31,863 nucleotides of DNA from Cyanophora paradoxa CCMP329 (taxonomy: Eukaryota > Plantae > Glaucophyta), in contig QPMI01000012.1 of assembly GCA_004431415.1 (NCBI GenBank), positions 1 to 31,863 of the forward strand, in the 5' to 3' direction. The notes under the pieces are model-generated. The model saw only the letters and a list, made by a program, of their open reading frames with translations. It searched no databases and was not told the DNA's origin. Made by a program: the position numbers and the translations under genes. This document shows, piece after piece, positions 11,580 to 20,600 of the stretch; position 1 is the first letter of the stretch, and each line of letters starts with the position of its first letter.

Positions 11580-12310
11580 ACGGTTTTGACGAAAGGCGAA
11601 GGACCCGAAGGCCCCAGGCACAGAAGGGGGTGCACCAAAAGAACAGAAGCAGCCTTAAGGTGATCAAGAGCACGAGTTGAATGAGATTTGATATGATCCT
11701 GAGAGAGAGAGAGAAATGCAGTATGATCCTGACTGATTTGCTGGCATACTACATGATTCTTAGGAACAAGCTCAAGAAGGGAGCGCATTGAGCACTGCAT
11801 CTGAAAGTAGGATCAATGTGAGAAGAAGAAGAGTATGTATAACACACGCCCAAGCTAGCTGTACTGGGGGCTGCTATACCTTGTCACCCTGGTCCACGGG
11901 CGTGTCTTTTGCTTCATCTCTCTCTCTATTAGCTGTACTGTCTGGCCTCTTCCGATTCTTGGACTGCATGTCATCTTCCGCTCAAACTGTCTGGCCTATC
12001 GAGCAGGTCGCACTGAAGCTGCTGATACGTTTGCAATGGACCCTAATTATAAAGCACAACTGCCCTTATGCCATCTTCCAAGACGGGCTTGAAGACAGAA
12101 GAAGAAGAGTATGTATAAGACACGCCCAAGCCGGTTGTGCGGTTTTGACAAAAGGCGAAGGACCCAAAGGCCCAAAGCACAATCGACAGCGAACCAACCA
12201 GACTCTTCTTCTTCCAAGCCAGCTGTACGGGTTTGACAAAAGGAGAAGGACAGTGTATAAGAGTGCCGCAGAGGCTCCAAAAGGGACGTGCAGGGCAAGC
12301 CAGGGACCCT
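11580..12310. mobile_element. Patchwork of short fragments from LINE families A and B in both orientations
   Basis: In order: A-3'UTR(-) 11580-11620, B1 tail(-) 11700-11723, A tail(-) 11821-11855, B2 tail(+) 11866-11927, A ORF2(+) about 11935-12096, A terminus(-) 12097-12203, A UTR(-) about 12228-12250 and B(-) about 12265-12309. Confidence 0.8.
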
Positions 12311-14004
12311 CCCAGGAGGATGCATAGCTATAGAGCTCGAACCCGGCCTAGGTGCGTATACGTGCGCCAAGGGCAGATCTTTCAGGTATGAGTATTTATT
12401 TACATTGCATTTCACATGCATGGATTGAATTCTTTGAATCTTCTCAGGGTTCTCGAATCTACTCAGGATTCTTAGCTCCAGTCCTGACTGTTCACTACAG
12501 AGTGAAGATCTTCAAATCTATCAACCTCTTGAAGTTCCTTGTAGCCTGGGAGAGACTTGTGGTTGCCCGAGGCAGCATTCAAAGAGCCATATAAAGCGCT
12601 TCCAACAGGGGCTTGATTAAGCTCGAGAACGTGCCTGGATGAAGGTCCTCAAGAACACATCCAGCTGCATTACATGAAAAAGTCAAGGTTAATTTATTTC
12701 TCTACAAGAATTTCAAACCTCACCCTGGAGCTGGAGGCTCTCAAGGCCTGGAACTATGTTGAGCTCAATATCTGGTTGTCCAGCCTGGATTCGTCCACTT
12801 GCGTGGTGGGATGCACTTCAACTGAGCAAATTCCAACACAATTATCACACAGAATCGCCACTCTTATAAAAACGACCCACCTTGCTTGTGAACTTGTGTG
12901 TTAATGTCAGCAGTACTGTTCAAGGATGTTAAATTAGGGTTCCCCAGCAGAGGAAGCTCCGGGCCGAGGCGGGCAAGCTTGTTCTTGAAGATGTATGTGT
13001 TGTCTTCATCGAGCTGAAATTGAACCCCTGACATAGAGATGACAGAGTTAGATCATGGCTTGACAAGTGATTGGCCATGAATGCACGTGCACCGGAAGCT
13101 TGAACAGTTGAATCAAAATCTTGAGGCATGGAGTTGTCAGGCTATACTTGCGTTTCTGAGGTCCTGACAAGAGAGGCAAGGGAGCTGGAGCATACTGTTC
13201 ATACTGTTGGAGCAGTAAATGGCTGATGCAATTTGAAGTTGTGCAAAGTGGCATGATTTCACCGGTTCCTTGTCATTAGTAAATACTTGTTGGTGGTCTT
13301 CGAATTGCTCTGAGTCCTCGGAGTGTGTCCCTGATAGAGACATATCAACAACACAGTAGAGAGCTATATATCTGTAGGAGGCATGATTACCTGTACTCAG
13401 ACTGTCAATATCTGCTGGCACCATGCCCTCACTCGAGTCTTCATCAGAGACATCATCTAGATTAAAGTGCATGTTAAATGCTGTCAGCCGCAATCACAGG
13501 TGTGCTCAAGCAAGAAGTGTGTGCACCAAGGGGCACTACTGAAGGCACATCCCTGCCTGGTCGCCATGTGCATTATCGTCATCTGATGCATATGAACGAT
13601 GGATGTGATCAGATCCCTTTCCGGAGCAGAAATTCAAAGACGAAGAAAGGCCCTACCTTGACCTGCAGCTGGGTCAATGTTGACTCCCTGTTGGACTTCG
13701 AATTCTGAAAAAAACACAATGTAAGTGGTAAAAACGTTTGCATAAAAGTGGATGGTGAGGGAAGGAAAGGCACCCAAAGCCAGCTGGCTCTGCAGCTGTG
13801 GGTTCAAAGCCTGAAGCTCGTGGTTCTGCCAGAGAGCCTCTTCTGTAAAGGATACAGTCACGAGGAGGCTTACACTCACGGAGAGGATCTAGAGTCAAAA
13901 AAGAGAACGAAGACGGGGACAAATTAAGCAGCTAGTGGCTAGCGGCCTTTGGAGATGGAAAATAGGAAGAAAACACAGGGCACTGAAAAAGGGAGCAATC
14001 TAGA

Positions 14005-14860
14005 AGGCCAGGGCCAGAGTAGCAGGGCCTGTAGTTGGAAGGGAGGAATAGCCCAGTGGGACTCAGAAAGGGAGGGGCCTCAAGCCGCAGTAGACAGCAC
14101 ATGCTCCTGGCTAGCAGAGCACAGGGCCTGCTACCAGGGCCTGCAGCTGGAACTGCTCATGATCATGGGCGTCCAGAAGAAATGGCCCAGTGGGGCTCAG
14201 AAAAAAAAGGGCCTCAAGCGGCACTAGAGGGCACATGCTCCTGGCTAGCAGCTGCAGAGTAGCAGGGCCTGCAGCTGAGACTGCACGTACTTGGCCTCCA
14301 GGAATGGCCCATGGCCAGTACTAGTGGGGCTCAGAAAGAATGGTGCCTGAAGGCATGGCTGAGGCAGGCTCATAGCTAGCAGAGCTGCAGGGCCTGAGAC
14401 TACACATGGGCCTCCGGAAGAAACCGCCCAGTGGGGCTTGGCACAGGGGGACATGCTCCTGGCTAGCAGAGCACAGGGCCTGCAGCTGAGACTGCACATG
14501 GGCCTCTGGGAACTCGGAGCGGCCCAGTGGGGCTCAAAAAGGAAGGGCCTCAAGTGGCACTAGAGGCACATGCTCCTGGCTAGCAGAGCAGCAAGGCCTG
14601 CAGCTGAGACTGCACATGGGCCACAGGGAACGGCCCAGTGGCCTGGGGCTCAAAAGGAAGGGGCCTCAAGCGACACAGGGGCACATTTTCCTGATTAGCA
14701 GAGCAGCAGAGCCTCCAGGAATGGCCCAGTACTAGTGGGGCTCAGAAAGAATGGGGCCTGAATTCGAAGGCATGGGCGGAGGCAGGCTCGTAGCTAGCAG
14801 AGCTGCAGGGCTGAGACTGCACATGGGCCAGAGCAGCAGGGCCTGAGACTACACATGCAG
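14005..14860 (+). repeat. Degenerate minisatellite, about 7-8 units of about 95-135 bp
   Basis: Recurring cccagtggggctc (near 14052, 14186, 14315, 14427, 14523, 14634, 14725), gcacatgctcctggctagcagagc and gggcctgcagctgagactgcacatggg. Confidence 0.85.
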
Positions 14861-15049
14861 CTAGCTGTGTATGTGGTTGGATAGAACAAGCACAGTATCA
14901 GACAGACAGATTTATCGAAGGAAAGCTACGAAGAAAGAAAACAAGACACAGATCTACAGAATACATATGCATAAGACAACAAGCAGAGACAAGCAGAGAC
15001 AAGAGAGACATCCAGTTGCCCAGGAAAAGGAACAGGGCCTCCAACAAAG

Positions 15050-15118
15050 GAGAGGGGGGGGGAGGGGGGGGTGCTAGGGCCGGAGGATTGGAGGGGGGGA
15101 TTGGAGGGGGGAGGGGGA
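15050..15118 (+). repeat. G-run cluster (G-quadruplex-capable)
   Basis: More than four runs of 3-9 G with short spacers. Confidence 0.6.
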
Positions 15119-15146
15119 ACCTAGCCAGTGATGTGGCAGGCACTTT

Positions 15147-16132
15147 TCATAGGGTCACTTGACCATCCCTGGCCCCCCCTAGATCTAGATATATATCGAA
15201 GGGGTTCCAATGTTCTAATGCTGGAGCAGCCACACGCATCACAAAGAATGAAGAGAGATTACCAGTGCTGTCCAAATCGAACTTCCAGATGGCCTCCACG
15301 ACAAGCACCCGCGAGTCACAGCCAACAAGCCGGTAGCTCCCCAATGGGTTCTTCACTGCAAGCAGCAGACTGCAGCATTGAAGTTCATGATCAGGCATTG
15401 ATTGCGAGTGCCAAAAGGGCTTCGAGTAAACAAGTGCACCGGTAGCAGAAGAATTCCTTTGAGGGTCGGTTTCCCTGGCTTGTACGGTTGATGTGCCGGT
15501 CACACGTCCATCGGCAGGAACGACGAGATGGTCCCGGCCACGGTCGCCCTCACACTTCTCCTCGGACATACCAGGGCCTGCATCAGTCTTGAGAAGGTCT
15601 GGATCGGCTTTCTCTGCGCATGCCTCCTCTGAGCACGCACAGTCAGCAGCGGTACAGCAAGTGGATGATCATGAGCTGGAGAGCGCTGACGGAAACGAAC
15701 CGATGGACTGCGGGGTGCGAGGCTGTAGGGCTCTTCAGGCGCTGGACCAGAACGACCATCTCCTCGCCCTCCAGGAGCTTCGGCTCGGCGTGACCTGCAT
15801 GGCGCGCGCGCGCGAGTGAGCTTGGCACGCGTGTGCACACCCGCCAGCCGCGCGCACCGTAAACCGTGTCTCGAGTTGCTTGCTTATGACAAAACAGCAC
15901 CGCCAGTAGCCCTAATCGCCCCAATGACTTTCTGGATGACGGAGAAGGCTTTGACGGCTCTGGGGCTCTTCTTCGCCCGTTTCTCGGCGAGGAACAACGC
16001 CAGCGGCTTGATGGGGGTGGCGTGCGCATTGCGAAGCTGCGTCGTGCCGGCCGGGATCCCGTTCTCGGCCTCGGCCTTCAAGAGCATCCGATGGCGGAAC
16101 GCGAAGTCGATCTTGTATTGAAGCTCAGCCAT
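15147..16132 (-). CDS. Hypothetical spliced gene or pseudogene, unknown product
   Basis: ATG at 16132 gives MAELQYKIDFAFRHRMLLKAEAENG...GAIRATG. Donor GTGCTG (about 15901) joins in frame to acceptor gctcac...catgcag|GT CAC GCC GAG CCG AAG (GHAEPKLLEGEEMVVLVQRLK). A further branch/acceptor (gctgac...ctcag) lies near 15630. The 3' end is uncertain and I recognise no family. Confidence 0.35.
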
Positions 16133-16407
16133 TCCCGCGCGCTCGGCGGCCCGGACAGTGCGAAACTACTTCTGCTTGCCGTCTGATGCGATCGCGGCCC
16201 AGCGAGATGCGGCTCAAAGAAGATCTCGCCAGGCAAATGTGTGGGGAGGGTACGACTGAATCACAACTTAGGGTACCCGATTTCGATCAGGCTCATGCGA
16301 GTAAAACAAACCCACGTTTGTTTTTCGACCAACGAAGTTCCGATTGGCTGGCGGCGTTTCGAATTGAAAATTAAAATTAAAATTAAAGAATTAACTCGAC
16401 TTCACTC

Positions 16408-16712
16408 TTAATTTTGCATAAGCAACTCGCGATCGATATCGGCCGCAGTCAACTCGCGATCGAGCTCGCGATCGGCCCGCGCTCATATGCATGCCATGAT
16501 GATCAATTTGCAAATCGTCCGCGGCGCCGGAGTATACTATACCGGGGGTACGTACGTAGGCCTGCACCTGCGCATGCGCCATATGCCACGTGCACCGGTA
16601 CCTGCATATGCATGGCCATGGTGCACAGCTGCATGCGCAGGCATGAAGGAAATCAAAATTAAAGGAGACCTGCTCTACTACACTATGATAGCTAGCTATC
16701 ATAGTGCATATA
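16408..16712. repeat. Island saturated with overlapping short palindromes, ending in a 26-bp perfect palindrome
   Basis: Near-continuous 6-10-bp palindromes. Inverted pairs at 16408-16416/16654-16662 and 16567-16577/16631-16641. cactatgatagct|agctatcatagtg at 16681-16706. Confidence 0.85.
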
Positions 16713-16774
16713 GGGGGGCCGACTCGCTGCCGAGGTGCCCGCCCCACTCCAGGTCGGGTCGGGGGCGGAGCTGA

Positions 16775-17571
16775 CTATCCTGAGAGGTAGCGCTGGAGGG
16801 ACTCTCCCGACATCTCCTCGAGGAGCTTGATGGCGCGCCGCACCTCCGCCTCCACCCCCGCGTCCGCGTCCTCCATCAGCTCCGCCAGGAACGGGATGCT
16901 CTCCGGCAGCAGCACGAGGTACTCCTCGCCCACCCGTGCCGCCACCACCTCGAAGCACCGCAGCGCCGCCGCCCGGATGACGGGATCCTCGCTCCGCGTC
17001 GCCATCAGCAGGGCATGGTTCAGGGGCTTCCACAGCGCCTGTGAAGAGAGTCAGTGGCCGCCGAGTGTGGCTGCGGGGGCAGTGGTGGACGCACGTCGGA
17101 GCCCGCTGCCATGGCCATCTCTGCCAGGCAGGGCGCCAGGAGCGTCTCCACCCGCGCCTCGTACGGGCCCGTCGCCGGCCCCGCCTTCTCCTGCCCCTCC
17201 TTCCCCTTCTCCTTCTTCTTCTTCTTGCCCTCGGAGCTTGCGCCGGCGGCTGGCGCCGGACCGGAGGCGGCGGCCGCCGCCGCGGACGGGGCGGGGGTGA
17301 CGTCGGTGTGCTGGAGGAGGCCCACCAACGCGGGCATCATCCGATCAAAGCGCGCCTGCGATACACAGCGTTAGGCCCGTCCTAGGCGAGCAGGTGGGCG
17401 GGGGAGCGGGGGGAGGGGGGGGGGGGGCGGAGGCGGGAGGGGGGGGCGGAGGCGGGAGGGGGGGGCGGAGGCGGGAGGGGGGGGTAGGGGAGGGGGGCGG
17501 GGCGGGGGGTTAGGGAGAGAAGGGCTTGAAGCAGGGGGTTGGGCGAGGAGGGGAGGGCGGAAGGGGGGGAG

Positions 17572-17607
<36 letters not shown>

Positions 17608-20600
17608 GCGGGGGGGGGGGGGGGATGGCAGGTGGGGGACGGGAGGGAGGGAGGGAAAGAGAGGAGATGGGCCGACAGACCTGGGTGGTGAAGCCCGTCG
17701 CGGCGGCAGCGTCATGCCGGAAGCAGAGGAGCAGCGCCTGCAGCGCCAGGGCGATCACCTCGTCCCGCGCCAACCGCTCCGGGTCCACAGCTGCGGAGGA
17801 GGCCGCCTGCTTGGCCGCGGAGGCTGGGGCCGCGGCCTCCCCCTTCTTTGCCCGGCGGCGCTTGGCCGAGGGGGGCTCGCTTGAGAGGGCGGCCTCGGGG
17901 GCGACGGTCGCTGCCGCCGGCGCCACGTTGGCGTCCCCGACGAGCTCCACCTCCCCAGTGAAGTGGGCAGCCGTCGCCTCCCACACGTGCCCGAAGAAGG
18001 GGACGAAGATGGCCTTGAGCCGCTCCGCCAGGGAGCCGAGCAGCCGGTAGAAGGCGATGGCGCGGTTCGGGTCCGCGCGCTCGCCGGAGCCCGAGCTGGA
18101 GCCGGCGGGGAGGGCGGAGGCCCAGTCGAGGGCGCGGAGGAAGAGGGGCCGGAACTCGCGCTCGCTGAGCTTCATGACCAGGGAGGCAGCGGCGGAGGAG
18201 GCGGCGGCCTCCACCGCGGGGGCCTGCTCGGCGGGGAGGCTCGGGCGCAGCTCGAGGGCGCGCAGGATGAGGTCGAAGGCGGGCCGGTGCAGCGCCGCGG
18301 CGTCCAGCCGCTGCATCGAGGCGCAGCAGGCGCCCGTCGCCTCCAGCAGGCGGATGACGCCCTCGGGCCCCGCCTCCGCGGCGCGCGGGAGGGCGGCGGC
18401 GAGGGCCGGGAGGAGGAGGCGGGGCGGGACGCGGGCGGCGGCGGCGGAGAGGAGCGCCGCCGAGCGGTCCAGCAGCGCCTGCTGGCCCGAGGCGAGGAGG
18501 CGGGGGTGGACGCAGGCGGCGAGGGCGTCCGGGAGGTGCGGGCCGAGGAACTGGGGCACCGTGCTCACGAGCGCCTCCATCGCGGCCAGCGCCGCCACCG
18601 GCAGCACCGCGGGCCGCCCGCCTCGCCGCCCGCCGCGGCCGCGGCGGCTTGGGCTTGGGCTGGGGCCTCGAGGGAGCGGGCGAGGGCCTTGAGGAGGGGC
18701 GGGAGGCGCGGGGCACGTGGGCACGACGCGGGGCCCGAGCTCCACGGCGAGCGCCGCGAGGGTCAGGAGCGCCGAGGCCGCGAGCGCCTCGCTGGGCCCC
18801 TCCAGCGCCGCGAGGACGCGCGGGACCGCCGCAACGAAAGGCTCCGGGCGGCGCCCCGCGAGGCGCCGGGCCAGCTGCTCGACGGCGAGGAGCGCCGCCT
18901 GCGCGTTGCCCGCCCGCTGCGCGACAGAGCGAGCTCGGCGATCAGAGAGAAAGAGAGGGAGGGAGGGAGGGAGTGAGGGTGGCACCTCGGAGGAGGCGGC
19001 GTGGGAGGGGTGCCCGTCCTCCTCGAGGACGCGGAGGGCGGCGGGGAGCAGCGCCTCCAGCGCCGCGTCGCCCTCGGGGCCCTCCGGCGTGTGGCCCACC
19101 CGCTCCGCCAGCACCTGCGCGGGGAGACCGTGAGCCGCGGAAGAAGAAGAAGAGGCGGGGAGAGGCTGCGCTGCGTGCCTGGAGGGCGCGGCGGCGGACG
19201 GCGGGGTCGCTGTGCGCGAGGAGCGCGTCCATGGCGGAGGCGAAGGGCGCCGGCGGGAGCAGCTCGACGGCCCGCGCGAGCGCCGAGCCGGCCGCCTGCG
19301 CCAGGGCCGCCCCGTGGGCCGCCGCCGCGGCGCCGGGCTCCGCGGCGGCCTGGAGGGCGGCGGCGCGGCGGAGGGCGAGGAGGGCGGCCTCGAGGAGGCG
19401 GCCGCAGCTCGCCTCGACGGCGGCGCGGGCGTCGGCGGGGCCTCCAGCAGGGCCCGACGAGGGGCCGGCTCCCAGCACGCGGGCGGCCAGCTTGAAGGAC
19501 TCGAGGGCGAGGGCGCGGCAGCGGGCCGGGCCCAGGGTCGCCGGGTCCACGTACTCGGGCACAAGGGGCGCCTCGGCGGGGGCGGAGGCGGCGGCGGCCT
19601 CCTTCTCCTTGCGGGCGCTGGCCTTGCCGCTGCCCTTCGCGGGGGCGGGCGCCGCCGCCGCGCGGTCTCCGGGGAAGCCGTCGGGGAGGGGCAGGACGGC
19701 GCGGTGGAGGAGTGTGGAGAGGGCGGCGGCGGCGGCGCGCGGGCCCTCGTGGAGGAGGAGCGCCGCCGCGAACTCGGGCGCGTCGAAGCCGGGGGCCGGG
19801 GCGGCGGCGAGGAGGAGGAGGAGGGCCGGGGGCAGGGCCGAGGCGGACCCGAGGGTGCGGAGGAGGGTGGAGAGGAGCGGGAGGCGGCGGTGCGGGGCGG
19901 TGCGGGGCACGGCGGAGACGAAGGCCTCGAGGAGGGGCCGCGCCCCGTCGGGGCCGTGCGCCGCCAGCACGGGGACGACCCGCTCGATCGTCTGCGTCAC
20001 CGCCGCGAAGGTCGCCGCGTCGTCCGCCGAGAGGGAGGCCGGCCCCAGGACGGCCGCCACGGGGAGGACGTGCGCCAGGACGCGGTCGGGCGCCGCCTCC
20101 GCGAGGCCGGCGAGGAGCAGCAGCGCCGCGTTGCGCGTCTGCGGGTCCGCCGCGCCCTGCACGCAGAGCACGACGGCCTCCACGTCCAGCGCCTCGGAGG
20201 GGGCCGAGCCGCCCGCCGCGCACTCCCGCAGGCTCCCCATGCACAGCTGCTTGAGGTACTCGGGCGCCGGGCCCTCCGCCTCCTCGCCCTCTGCGGCCGC
20301 CGGGCGGGGCCGCAGGAGGGCCCGCAGAAGGGCGAAGAGGGGCGGGAGGAGGACGGGCGCGCCGCCCGCCGCGACGGCCTCGCCCGCCTTGTACTGGAGC
20401 ACCTCCAGCGTCAGGGCCGCGCCCCGCAGCGCCACGCCCGAGGGCGCCGCGGCCGCGCCCGAAGCCGAGGAAGCGGGGCTGTCGGGAGTCTCCTCCGCCT
20501 TGCGCCGGGCCCGCTTGGCGGCCGAGGGCGGCGGCGTGCGCTCGCAGCGCCGGCGCCGCCGGCGGCGAGGCGGAGCGGGGCGGCGAGGGCCTCGGGGGGT

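Noticed and set aside
12330-13500. Possible decayed coding sequence (e.g. LELEALKAWNYVELNIWL; GKLVLEDVCVVF)
   Set aside because: Multiple stops and no identifiable motif, so it cannot be assigned without a database search.
14005-14860. Repeat array as a CRISPR-like locus
   Set aside because: The whole unit is repeated and degenerate, with no unique spacers.
16408-16662. Cloning-vector multiple cloning site contamination
   Set aside because: Sites are redundant and overlapping, there is no vector backbone, and similar palindromic scars occur throughout the window.
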